A stretch of DNA of 64,000 bases from Candidatus Adamsella avium (GTDB lineage: Bacteria > Cyanobacteriota > Vampirovibrionia > Gastranaerophilales > CAJFVJ01), in assembly GCA_904420445.1 (NCBI GenBank), contig CAJFVJ010000001.1, positions 257,266-321,265 of the forward strand, given 5' to 3'. Within the stretch, counting starts at the first letter, position 1. Every line of letters begins with the position of its first letter. Shown piece after piece: positions 55,687 to 64,000 of the stretch. The notes beneath the pieces are model-generated. The model was given only the letters and a program-made list of their open reading frames with translations, had not been told where the DNA came from and ran no database searches. The translations under genes and the position numbers were made by a program.

Positions 55687-57323
55687 TGAGCTTCGTAGTC
55701 CTCAAGCCAGATTTTTTCCTGTTCGGATAAGAGAGAGTAATCTATGAGTTTTTTTTCAAACGGAGCTTTTGAGAAGGATGTTATTCGAAGTTTTCCGTCA
55801 GAGTCATCAGCGTAGACAGTGTTTTCTATCCTGACACCGAATTTTTCGCTGTCATATAATCCTGGTTCGATACTGAAGCACATGCCGGGTAAAAGTTGTT
55901 GTTTGGCGCTTTCCGAAGGACCCAGAAACGGCGGTGCTTCATGGACAGAGATGCCGACGCCATGACCTGTTGAGTGCATAAAATGAAATGTTTTTAGTGA
56001 ACACTGTTCAGTAATATCCCTTACTTTTTTGTCTATGTCAAAGCCCGTAGAATCCTTTTGGATAGGATAATACAGACCGTTTAGGAAGGCTCTCAGGACA
56101 GTTGTGTAGACTTCTTTTTGTTCTTCTGCCGGATTATTCCCTTTGAAGAAAACTCTCGTTGCGTCTGTTGAATACCCGCCTTCGTAGTACCCGCCGCAAT
56201 CAAGCAATATAATGTCATTTTCTTTAAGTTTTACATCTGCTGATGGTGTTGAGTAATGAATTGAGGCGGTATTATTGCCAAATGAGGCGATTGTGCTGAA
56301 ACTCAGAGAGTTTGCACCGTATTTTAGGAACAATTCTTCGACTTTGTTTGAGAAATCAAGTTCTGATATGTCTTCTGATTGTTCGAGCCAGTGAGATATT
56401 TCAACCATCACTCTGTCTGCACGTTCGAAGCAGTCTTTCAGGTGTGCTATTTCGCATTCGTTTTTGACGGCCTTCATCAGAGCTATAGGGCTCCTGTCAA
56501 TAAATTCGATATTTTTGTTTTCAACCAGACGGTAAGTCTTGAGATTTATGCTTGATTTCACCGCAAGAAAATTGTTTTCTTTTTTGAGATATTCAACAAA
56601 CTCTTTTTCAGGAAGGACTTTAAACTTGTTGCCTGGGTTCAGATTTTTTGAGTCTGAAAACAGAAGGCATTCGTTTTTCTTCAACAGAGCTTTTGCCTTA
56701 AAAGCGGAGAAGTACGGAATTTGAGAGCTTCTCAAATTTGTAAGATAAGCAAGTTCATCAAGTTTTGTGATAATGAGTGTTTTATCTCCGAGTTCTGTCC
56801 CAAGTTTTTCGACTTTTTCATCTGCGCTGTATTTGACAATTGAGAGAGGGACGGTTCTTATTTCGGCGTTTGATGAACAGTTTTTGAAGCCAATCAAATC
56901 AGGTTCTTTGTCAAATTCGACAAATTCAACGTCAGGCAGGTCTTTTTGGAGATTGCAAAAAGTCATATAACGCATTTTTGATGTCGGAATACCTATTCTT
57001 AAATTCTTTTTGTCTTTGAGAATGTCTTCAATTGCCTGTTTTTGAGTTTTGTTGAGCATGAGTTTGATGACTTTTATCAGGCTGTGGTCAACCTGCTCAT
57101 CAGCTTGTTTGTGGTAGCGCCCGTCGACAAATAAGAAAGCTTCATTGTGCCCTATCAACATATCTCCTGTTGAGCCAGAAAAAGCGCTCAGGAGATATCT
57201 CGGGTTTTCATCTTTCGGAATATATTCGTTGAGATATTCATCTGTTGCACAAATCAGGAAATAATCGAGATTGTTTTTTCCCAAGAATTCTCTTAGTATG
57301 GAGAGGTTTGTTTGAAACATCAA
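55674..57323 (-). CDS. pepP: Xaa-Pro aminopeptidase (M24B, with creatinase-like N-domains)
   Basis: 549 aa. LLDCGG, HSTGHGVGISVHE, FSIEPG, RIEN metal-ligand blocks. Confidence 0.88.
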   Translation of the reverse strand: MMFQTNLSILREFLGKNNLDYFLICATDEYLNEYIPKDENPRYLLSAFSGSTGDMLIGHNEAFLFVDGRYHKQADEQVDHSLIKVIKLMLNKTQKQAIEDILKDKKNLRIGIPTSKMRYMTFCNLQKDLPDVEFVEFDKEPDLIGFKNCSSNAEIRTVPLSIVKYSADEKVEKLGTELGDKTLIITKLDELAYLTNLRSSQIPYFSAFKAKALLKKNECLLFSDSKNLNPGNKFKVLPEKEFVEYLKKENNFLAVKSSINLKTYRLVENKNIEFIDRSPIALMKAVKNECEIAHLKDCFERADRVMVEISHWLEQSEDISELDFSNKVEELFLKYGANSLSFSTIASFGNNTASIHYSTPSADVKLKENDIILLDCGGYYEGGYSTDATRVFFKGNNPAEEQKEVYTTVLRAFLNGLYYPIQKDSTGFDIDKKVRDITEQCSLKTFHFMHSTGHGVGISVHEAPPFLGPSESAKQQLLPGMCFSIEPGLYDSEKFGVRIENTVYADDSDGKLRITSFSKAPFEKKLIDYSLLSEQEKIWLEDYEAQCKK

Positions 57324-58117
57324 AGAACTCCTTCTTGCTGGAAAGCCCAGGCGCTGTGGTTGTGTATGCTTTCAAATGCTTCGCATTCAACTTTGAACCA
57401 GTTCACATCGGGGTGGTTTCTAAGGCGTGTCACAACATCTCTCAGAACATCTTCGACAAATTTCGGGTTTTTGTAAGCTTGTTCCGTAACGAATTTTTCG
57501 TCTTCTCTTTTCAGAAGAGGATAAACCTGAGCGCTGCAGCATTGTTCTGCAAGAGCGATTAAGTCTTCGAGCCATATCATTTTGTCGTTGTCATAGCTGA
57601 CTTTAATTTTTATGATTGCACGCTGGTTGTGTGCGCCAAAGTCAGAAATTTCCTTGCTGCAAGGGCAAAGTGTTGTAACAGGAACTTTTGCTCCGAGGAT
57701 AAAAGTATATTTGCCGTTTTTATCGATTTCACCTTCAAAAGAGCAGTCATAACTCATTGTACAGATATTTTTGCTGACCGGGGCTGTTTTGTTGAGGAAA
57801 TATTTGAAAGAAAATTCGAGTTCCGCACTGTTGGCGTCGAGTCTGTTCATAATATCCTTAAGACAGCCTTCGATGTCGACGCCGAGGAGATTTTTTTCCC
57901 GCCATTCGTTGAGCACTTCCATAAAACGTGACATGTGAGTTCCTTTGTAGTGCTTTGGCAAAGACACGCTCATGCGGGCTTTTGCATAAACGGTTTGATT
58001 TGAGTCGTTTTTTCTTTGAATAATCAGCGGTATTTCAACATCTTTCACACCGACTTTCTGGATATCAATTCCTCTTGAGTCGGATGAATTCTGGATATCT
58101 TTCAATTTTGTTGTCAT
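57320..58117 (-). CDS. folE2: GTP cyclohydrolase I type 2 (FolE2/MptA family)
   Basis: 265 aa. KGTHMSRF and TTLCPCSKEIS...GAHNQR motifs. ATGA overlap with pepP. Confidence 0.88.
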   Translation of the reverse strand: MTTKLKDIQNSSDSRGIDIQKVGVKDVEIPLIIQRKNDSNQTVYAKARMSVSLPKHYKGTHMSRFMEVLNEWREKNLLGVDIEGCLKDIMNRLDANSAELEFSFKYFLNKTAPVSKNICTMSYDCSFEGEIDKNGKYTFILGAKVPVTTLCPCSKEISDFGAHNQRAIIKIKVSYDNDKMIWLEDLIALAEQCCSAQVYPLLKREDEKFVTEQAYKNPKFVEDVLRDVVTRLRNHPDVNWFKVECEAFESIHNHSAWAFQQEGVL

Positions 58118-58118
58118 A

Positions 58119-58463
58119 TTAATCTTCTATAGTGTTTAAGTCTACGGTGTCAAAGTCATTTTTTGATAATGCTTCGAGGAGTTTTTTGGCTGCAGGCATT
58201 TGAACATGCGGTGGAGCTACCCTCAAAAGTTCAATAGCTTTCATCATAACAGGGTCACTGTCATACCAGCGGTTTCCTTTCCCGTCACCATATTTTTTCA
58301 TTGTTTCATAGATGTGGTCTATGACATCCTGAGCGACCTGTTCCTGCAACTCTAATATAAAATCAGCCGCAAGGTTTTTTGTTTTGTCAGATGAGATGCT
58401 CAACAGTTCAAGAGCTTCTTTTAGAGTCGGATCATTATCATACCAGCGACGACCTTTGTTCAT
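58119..58463 (-). CDS. Hypothetical protein with two tandem RWYD(N/S)DP...(A)(L/I)ELL repeats
   Basis: 114 aa. GRRWYDNDPTLKEALELL and GNRWYDSDPVMMKAIELL lie about 57 residues apart. The stop is 1 nt from the folE2 start. Confidence 0.6.
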   Translation of the reverse strand: MNKGRRWYDNDPTLKEALELLSISSDKTKNLAADFILELQEQVAQDVIDHIYETMKKYGDGKGNRWYDSDPVMMKAIELLRVAPPHVQMPAAKKLLEALSKNDFDTVDLNTIED

Positions 58464-58515
58464 TAGTATTTTCCTTAATAATTGTTCTACTTAAGAATTA
58501 TTTTATCATAATTAT

Positions 58516-58555
58516 TAAAAACAAAAGAAGCTTTTTCTTTTAAGAAAAAGCTTCT
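58516..58555 (-). terminator. Rho-independent terminator of hup
   Basis: AGAAGCTTTTTCTT/AAGAAAAAGCTTCT palindrome followed (reverse strand) by a T-rich run. Confidence 0.65.
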
Positions 58556-58573
58556 TTCACGGTTTGAAAAGAA

Positions 58574-58849
58574 TTAAGCGTTAACCAACTCTTTGAATTT
58601 TTTACCGGCTGAGAAAACAGGAACTGTTTTAGCAGCGATTTTGATTTCTTTTCCAGTTTGAGGGTTACGACCTTTTCTAGCAGCTCTTTTGCGAGCTTCG
58701 AAAGTACCAAAACCAACCAAAGTAACTTTTTTGCCTTTAGAAACTGTTTTTTCTACTGTTTCCAACAATGATGCCAATACATCAGCAGCTTGTTTTTGTG
58801 AAACTTTAGCTTTTTTAGCTACTTCTTTTACTAATTCTTCTTTGTTCAT
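58574..58849 (-). CDS. hup: DNA-binding protein HU
   Basis: 91 aa from MNKEELVKEV. GFGTFEARKRAARKGRNPQTGKEIKI arm motif. The longer track ORF adds 31 non-homologous residues. Confidence 0.93.
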   Translation of the reverse strand: MNKEELVKEVAKKAKVSQKQAADVLASLLETVEKTVSKGKKVTLVGFGTFEARKRAARKGRNPQTGKEIKIAAKTVPVFSAGKKFKELVNA

Positions 58850-59049
58850 TGAGTTTAACTCCCTATAAATCTTACAAGTTCCATTATATATACATTTTTG
58901 GATATGACAAGTTTTTTTATTTTGAGAAAAAATTCTCCACAAGACCTAGGTCTATCCGTGAAAAACCTTGTGGGATAAGACTTTTCTGGCAGATTTAAAC
59001 TCAAATATAAAGTTTGAAATGTTAAAAAATGTAAATAAAAATACAACTT

Positions 59050-60006
59050 TTAATGTAGAAAATAGGCTGCTGCGCCAACCATTGATGCATTGTCCGTGCA
59101 ATATTTCATCTTCGGAGCATAGATTTTGAACCCTTGATTTTCGAGGTCGAAAAATTTGCGTCTTATCTCAGAGTTTGCGGCAACACCGCCTGCGAGTGCA
59201 ATTTGTTTTATGCCATAAGCTTTTGCTGCTGAGAGCGCTTTTTCAAACAGTGTAGCGCTCACAGTTTCCTGAAAGCTTGCGCAGAGGTCATGAAGCGGCA
59301 GTTCCTCTCCTTCTTTTTCAAGCCCCTGTATGAGTCTTAGCATTGCTGTTTTCAAGCCGCTGAAGCTGAAGTCAAACTCGCCTGATGTGCGAGCTTTCGG
59401 AAGTTTGAAACGGTGTTTGTCGCCGATGCCAGATTTTGCCAGTTTATCGACTTCTATTCCACCGGGGTAGGGCAACCCCATCAGTCTTGCAACTTTGTCA
59501 TAGGCTTCGCCGACCGAGTCGTCCATTGTTTCGCCGATAATTTCTTCTTTTCCGTAGTCGCTTACTTTAATAAGCTGGGTATGTCCCCCGCTTACGAGGA
59601 GGCATAGAAACGGAGGTTTGAGGTCTGTGTCTATGTAGTTTGCGCATACGTGCGCTTTCAGGTGATTTACGGGTATGAAAGGTTTGTTGTAGATAAGACT
59701 GAGTGTTTTTGCCGCATTCACTCCGACGAGCAGGCAGCCTACCAGCCCGGGTTTTTCTGTTGCGGCGATGGCGTCCATATCTTCGAATTTCATGTTTGCC
59801 TGTGAGATGGCTTCGTCAACAACGAGATTAATTGACTCAAGGTGTTTTCTTGCAGCTACCTCAGGGACTACGCCGCCGTATTGACGGTGAATTTCGATTT
59901 GGGTTGCTACGACGTTTGAGATGACTTCTCTTCCGTTTTTGACAACTGCTGCTGCTGTTTCATCACAGCTTGATTCAAGAGCGAATATGTAAGTGTCTTT
60001 TTGCAT
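59050..60006 (-). CDS. tsaD: tRNA N6-adenosine threonylcarbamoyltransferase
   Basis: 318 aa. ALESSCDETAAAV, HLKAH, LLVSGGHT, LAGGVAAN motifs. Confidence 0.95.
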   Translation of the reverse strand: MQKDTYIFALESSCDETAAAVVKNGREVISNVVATQIEIHRQYGGVVPEVAARKHLESINLVVDEAISQANMKFEDMDAIAATEKPGLVGCLLVGVNAAKTLSLIYNKPFIPVNHLKAHVCANYIDTDLKPPFLCLLVSGGHTQLIKVSDYGKEEIIGETMDDSVGEAYDKVARLMGLPYPGGIEVDKLAKSGIGDKHRFKLPKARTSGEFDFSFSGLKTAMLRLIQGLEKEGEELPLHDLCASFQETVSATLFEKALSAAKAYGIKQIALAGGVAANSEIRRKFFDLENQGFKIYAPKMKYCTDNASMVGAAAYFLH

Positions 60007-60073
60007 TTTTCTTACCCGTTTTGTTTTCTTTTTAGTTTAGAATGCTCAAGAAAACTTTGCAAAGATTTTGGGG

Positions 60074-60297
60074 TTAGAGCTTCATAATCAGGTGGGTTCT
60101 TCTGATGTTCTTTTTCATATCTTCCATTCTCTCCTGAAGGACAAGAGCCAGTTCAGAGAGGCAGCGTTTGTCGATGTCGCCGCCTAAGAGAAGATGAGAT
60201 GATGGGTGAGGATTTTTGAAAGAGAGTTGTTGAGCGACCATTTGTGCATGATGGCGTAGAGTTCTTTTTTGAGCTGCCGTTTTTCTTTTTTTGTCAT
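60074..60297 (-). pseudogene. Small basic ORF interrupted at an A7 (plus-strand T7, 60286..60292) tract
   Basis: A 37-codon ORF (60297..60184, MTKKEKRQLKK...) and a 55-codon ORF (60241..60074, MVAQQLSFKNPHPSSHLLLGGDIDKRCLSELALVLQERMED...) lie in different frames. One extra A would give a single 74-aa ORF, MTKKRKTAAQKRTLRHHAQMVAQQ... Confidence 0.3.
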
Positions 60298-60414
60298 GAG
60301 TTTTGCTCTCTTTATGTTAAGAATGTTAATAAAAATATATTTGTAAGACTATATTTTATTATTTTATGCATATAAAATCAACAGATATTTATGAAAAATA
60401 TTACAATACTAAAC

Positions 60415-60621
60415 ATGATAAAAAATAATTTAAGAGTATTGTTAGCAATAAGAAAAATAAGAATGACAGAACTGTCTAGAATTAGCGGTGTTGGATATGG
60501 AACCGTTTTTGGTCTTTATCATGAAAAAATTACAAGAATAGAATTTGAAACGTTGAACAAACTATGCAACGCACTTGAGTGTACTCCAAATGATTTGCTT
60601 GTATACACTCCTGATGAATAA
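60415..60621 (+). CDS. XRE/Cro-type helix-turn-helix regulator (HTH_26-like, YozG type)
   Basis: 68 aa from MIKNNLRVLLAIRKIRMTELSRISGVGYGTV...LNKLCNALECTPNDLLVY. Confidence 0.8.
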   Translation: MIKNNLRVLLAIRKIRMTELSRISGVGYGTVFGLYHEKITRIEFETLNKLCNALECTPNDLLVYTPDE

Positions 60622-60664
60622 GAATAGTCTTTCTGATGGCAGAGCCCGAAGAATGACATGAGTG

Positions 60665-61333
60665 TTATGATGTTGTTGAATTTTTTGTATATGACTCATT
60701 GCAGGAGCAGCATAGAGCAGTGATATCCGTTATCCCTGAAGAGTGCAGGGTTTTAATCATCTCCGAGAGAGTTGCGCCTGTTGTGCATATATCGTCCACA
60801 AGGAGAACATGCCCGCCTTCGTAAGCTGATTTGTCGCAGGAGAAGGCATTTTTGAGATTTTCTTCACGTTGTTTGAGGGTAAGTTTGTATTGAGGTTTTG
60901 TGTCTTTGGTTCTCTTCAACAATTCTGTGTTGACTTTTGAGTCTGTCATTCTGGCAAATTGGTTGCAGATGAGTTTGATGTGGTCATACTTTCTTTGTTT
61001 TAGGCGGGTTTTGAAAGTCGGAGTCGGGATTATTTCATAGGAGAGTTCTTTTTCGTTGAGTGTTTGCCAGAATTTGAACATGAGCGCTGCGAGTTCTTTA
61101 TCAAACTCTTGTTTTTGGTGGTATTTAATCGCACGGATTAGTTTTTTTGTTACCCCGCTGTAGACTGTTGATGAATAGATTTTGGTGTTGTTTATTATTT
61201 TAATTGGGGTTGGTTTGAGAATTTTGATTGAGGCGAGGCAGTTGTTGCATACTGATGTTTGGGATGTTTTTCTGCAGCAGTAACATCTCCTCGGGAAAAG
61301 CCAGTCAAGCAGTTGTGATAAGATTTTCAGCAT
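60665..61333 (-). CDS. comF: ComF family phosphoribosyltransferase-like protein
   Basis: 222 aa. N-terminal CxxC...CxxC zinc finger and the VLLVDDICTTGATL PRTase motif. Confidence 0.85.
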   Translation of the reverse strand: MLKILSQLLDWLFPRRCYCCRKTSQTSVCNNCLASIKILKPTPIKIINNTKIYSSTVYSGVTKKLIRAIKYHQKQEFDKELAALMFKFWQTLNEKELSYEIIPTPTFKTRLKQRKYDHIKLICNQFARMTDSKVNTELLKRTKDTKPQYKLTLKQREENLKNAFSCDKSAYEGGHVLLVDDICTTGATLSEMIKTLHSSGITDITALCCSCNESYTKNSTTS

Positions 61334-61417
61334 TATTCTATTTTATCTGATTTTGAGATTATTTTCTACCGTGTTTGGGTTATTATTATATTGAGGAAAA
61401 ATATAGAGGAAATTTTG

Positions 61418-62785
61418 ATGTCGTTAATCATAATGATTTTATTAATAAGTGTTTTGATACTTGTCCATGAGCTCGGGCATTTTCTTGTTGCACGTGCTGT
61501 AGGATTGAAACCTGAGAAATTCGGCTTCGGTTTGCCGTTTGGACCTACGCTTTATGAGAAAAAGTGGGGTGATACGGTTGTTTGTGTTCATGCTTTATTG
61601 CTCGGGGGATATGTTTCGTTTGCTGATGATGACCCTGATTCTCCTCTGCCTGAGGATGATGAAAACAGGATTATGAATAGACCAGTATGGCAGCGTTTTT
61701 TGATTGTATCGGCAGGGGTGTTTGCAAATGCTGTTTTGGCTTATGTGCTTGTTTTGATTGTTGCTCTCGGCTCAGGTGGGTTGCCTGTCGGGAAGTACAA
61801 TGTTTATGTTGACGATTTGTACCCGAAGAGTACTACTGTTGCAACGGAAGCAGGTTTTGCCGCAAAGGATAAAATTATCAAGCTTGATAAGGCTGAGATA
61901 AACAATCCAGCCGTATTTTTGGCTCTTTTGAACGAGAATGCAACTTATAACTCAAAAGTTTATGAAGAAAAAGTTGAAGCTGTGAGCTCGGCTATAAGAA
62001 AGCTTAATCCCTCATTAGGTGAGGAGATATCTGCCGGTACGGAGGTTATTTTGCCTGAGAGAACTCCCGAGAGTCCGATGATTGAGCCTGTTTTGAAGAA
62101 AATCAATCCCGGGGAGGATTATGAAAACAAGAAGATTGTCGAGCTGAATGATTTGCAGAAGTCTTTGAGGGATAAGACAAAAAATTCTTTGAAATTTAAG
62201 GCTGAGCAGGATATTACTCTTGAAGATTTGGCAACGGCAATATCAGATACAGAGCATCCTCTGACAATTGTTGTTTTGCGTAATGGCAAGGAAGTCAGCT
62301 TTGAGAATGTTATCCCTAATGAGAAGGGGGTAATAGGAATCAAGCTGTCTTTTGAGGAGATAAGCCAGAAGACAACAGGCTTGTTGAGTGCCGTGAAGAA
62401 TTCTTGGACTTATTTGTGGATAAATACAACGATGATGATTGACGGTCTTGTGAAGTTGTTCACAGGAAAGATTCCGATGGGCGAGCTGCATGGGATTATT
62501 GCAATTGCGAAAGTCGGAGGTGATGTTATACAGTATCAGGGAATTTGGAAGGGTTTTCTTCTGACGGCGATTATCAGTATGAACCTTGCTATATTGAATT
62601 TGCTCCCTATACCTGCGTTAGATGGCGGTCATATTTTGTTTCTGGCAATTGAGAAAATTTTCGGAAAGAGATTCAGCACTGATATGCAGGAAACTTTTGT
62701 CCGCTATGGATTTAGCTTTCTGATACTGCTTATGGTATTTGTCATCTGCAATGATATATTTGCGCTTGTGACTAAGAAATTTTAA
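61418..62785 (+). CDS. rseP: RIP metalloprotease RseP (site-2 protease, M50)
   Basis: HELGHF at the N-terminal TM, a PDZ-like middle region, NLLPIPALDGG C-terminal motif. AGAGGA SD. Confidence 0.9.
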   Translation: MSLIIMILLISVLILVHELGHFLVARAVGLKPEKFGFGLPFGPTLYEKKWGDTVVCVHALLLGGYVSFADDDPDSPLPEDDENRIMNRPVWQRFLIVSAGVFANAVLAYVLVLIVALGSGGLPVGKYNVYVDDLYPKSTTVATEAGFAAKDKIIKLDKAEINNPAVFLALLNENATYNSKVYEEKVEAVSSAIRKLNPSLGEEISAGTEVILPERTPESPMIEPVLKKINPGEDYENKKIVELNDLQKSLRDKTKNSLKFKAEQDITLEDLATAISDTEHPLTIVVLRNGKEVSFENVIPNEKGVIGIKLSFEEISQKTTGLLSAVKNSWTYLWINTTMMIDGLVKLFTGKIPMGELHGIIAIAKVGGDVIQYQGIWKGFLLTAIISMNLAILNLLPIPALDGGHILFLAIEKIFGKRFSTDMQETFVRYGFSFLILLMVFVICNDIFALVTKKF

Positions 62786-63881
62786 ATGCTTTTTTGTTAT
62801 ACATATAGGCTCCTGCGCTGAACAGGACAATGTTTGGAAGCCAGGCGGCTATTATCGGCGGAAGCGTGCCTGTTTCTCCGAGCGAGAGGCAGAGCGCACG
62901 AACAAGATAATACAAAAATATAAGCAGTATGCTGAAGAGGAAACCTCGGTTAAAACGTGCTCTAGGCGGAGTCATTGCAAGAGGCACACCGAGCAAGGCA
63001 AAGACAACAGACATGGTCGGCAGAGCAAGTTTGTCATAGAGGCTTACTTTCAATTCATTCAGATAATGTGTTTCGAGATTCGGGTGTTTTTTGATGTATC
63101 TCAAGAGCTGAAAGAAGCTCATTTCTTCCGCCGATTCTTTCAGGAGTTTGTCTTTGAGTCCCGAGGTAGTGTTATATAGAGTAAGGTTATCGAATACTGT
63201 TGAGTTCAGGATTTTTTTCCCTGTGTCGTTGATTGTATAGATAACGCCGTTTTTGAACTCCCAGGCTTCTGCATTTGCGGAGCCTTTGTTTGCTTGCACG
63301 ATTTGTATTGTGTTCTTTTTTGATACATCGAGTACGGTCAGGTTATTCAGGGATTTTTTTTCGCTTTTTTCAACATAGAGCAGTTTTTTGAGGACGTTGT
63401 GGTCGCCTGTTTGCTTTATGGTGAAGTTGACCTTGCCGTCGGGGACATTTTGCTGTTGTATTGCCCAGATTGTAAGTTTTTTTGCCTGTGCGTTTGCAAA
63501 TGGTGCGATAAATTCGTTTATAAAAAAGCAGACGAACATGCCAGAGATAGCAAAAGCAAATGCAGGTTTTGCTATTCTTGAAAGCCCTATAGCACATGAG
63601 CGCATGACTGTAATTTCCGAGTTAAGGCTCAGTTTATTGATTGTCATTACTATCGAGAACAGCACGCCCATCGGGATAGAAAGAACGAGAATAGAGGGCA
63701 ATTTCAAAACAACGATGAGTATTGCAATATTAAAAGGTATCCCATACATTGAAATTTGTTTGATTAAAGAAGTGAAGGTATCTGAGGCAAATACGATTGA
63801 TGTAAAAATCACGATACCCATCAAAAACACCTCGAGGAGTTGTTTTGAGATATATTTGTCCAGTGTTTTTACAGCTTTCAT
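62772..63881 (-). CDS. LptF/LptG family LPS export permease
   Basis: 369 aa. LDKYISKQLLEVF start, 6 TM helices with a central periplasmic domain (YjgP/YjgQ pattern). Confidence 0.85.
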   Translation of the reverse strand: MKAVKTLDKYISKQLLEVFLMGIVIFTSIVFASDTFTSLIKQISMYGIPFNIAILIVVLKLPSILVLSIPMGVLFSIVMTINKLSLNSEITVMRSCAIGLSRIAKPAFAFAISGMFVCFFINEFIAPFANAQAKKLTIWAIQQQNVPDGKVNFTIKQTGDHNVLKKLLYVEKSEKKSLNNLTVLDVSKKNTIQIVQANKGSANAEAWEFKNGVIYTINDTGKKILNSTVFDNLTLYNTTSGLKDKLLKESAEEMSFFQLLRYIKKHPNLETHYLNELKVSLYDKLALPTMSVVFALLGVPLAMTPPRARFNRGFLFSILLIFLYYLVRALCLSLGETGTLPPIIAAWLPNIVLFSAGAYMYNKKAFKIS

Positions 63882-63961
63882 ATATGTTCCTTTATTTCAT
63901 TTCTTATGTTTATATGATAAAATCAAAAAAGAATTTTGTACACACAGGAGATTGATTATTT

Positions 63962-64000
63962 ATGTCAAGAGCAGTAGAGATAACGGATATGAATTTTGAT
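63962..64000 (+). CDS. First 13 codons of an ORF running off the right edge (MSRAVEITDMNFD...), thioredoxin-like start
   Basis: ATG 63962 after a CAGGAGA SD. Many thioredoxins start in a similar way (..V..lTD.nFd), but the fragment is too short to be sure. Confidence 0.3.
   Translation, partial: MSRAVEITDMNFD

Noticed and set aside
1-64000. rRNA, tRNA, tmRNA, CRISPR arrays, transposases, integrases, prophage or restriction-modification/defence operons
   Set aside because: I scanned the intergenic regions for T-loop-like GGTTCGAAT/GTTCAAAT motifs, periodic repeats and characteristic protein motifs, and found none. A covariance-model scan (tRNAscan/Infernal) would be needed to exclude small structured RNAs.

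Overview
This is a low-GC (by eye mid-30s % GC), densely coded bacterial chromosomal window read with the standard genetic code. All calls come from motif recognition on the supplied ORF translations and from reading the DNA; no searches were run.

Gene content:
- Left edge: a flagellar rod/ring operon on the minus strand (SLT lytic transglycosylase, flgF, flgG, flgA, flgH, flgI, a rod-binding-only FlgJ and a small unknown).
- This operon is divergent from dnaN-recF-DUF721(DciA-like) across a 409-bp AT-rich spacer, which is a candidate oriC. No dnaA is present in the window.
- The rest is mostly housekeeping: proBA, leuC, ruvB, thrB, an M16 peptidase, purB, leuA, an RpoD-family sigma factor, hemW, hisD plus a HisA-HisI-HisE fusion, flagellin, prmC, smc-scpA-scpB-nanE-ROK kinase, recJ, malQ, TrmH-family methyltransferase, pepP, folE2, HU, tsaD, comF, rseP and lptF/G.
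- FlgH/FlgI and LptF/G indicate a diderm. The lineage is possibly Melainabacteria-like (inference only).
- I found no rRNA, tRNA, CRISPR array, transposase, integrase or phage genes.

Most interesting observations:
1. Two diverged paralogous genes (14883..15704 and about 16051..16881) lack signal peptides. Each sits behind a 60-bp upstream module conserved 56/60, which carries a sigma-28-like TAAA-N16-GCCGACAT motif and a tandem TATTGTTAAA repeat. The second copy has ATT where the first has ATG, and it is preceded by a 46-codon N-terminal fragment copy.
2. A nested inverted-repeat (MITE/REP-like) element lies at 52721..52854.
3. A 12-bp hairpin masks the leuA Shine-Dalgarno sequence.
4. HisA, HisI and HisE are fused in one 408-aa ORF.
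5. A tail-anchored protein carries an HSDR_N-like nuclease-fold domain.
6. Two bitopic envelope proteins (an AMIN-like protein and a Pro/Thr-rich protein) form a two-gene module.
7. A small basic ORF next to an XRE regulator is broken at a T7/A7 tract.

I cannot point to a clear-cut new multi-gene system. The paralogue locus is my best candidate.
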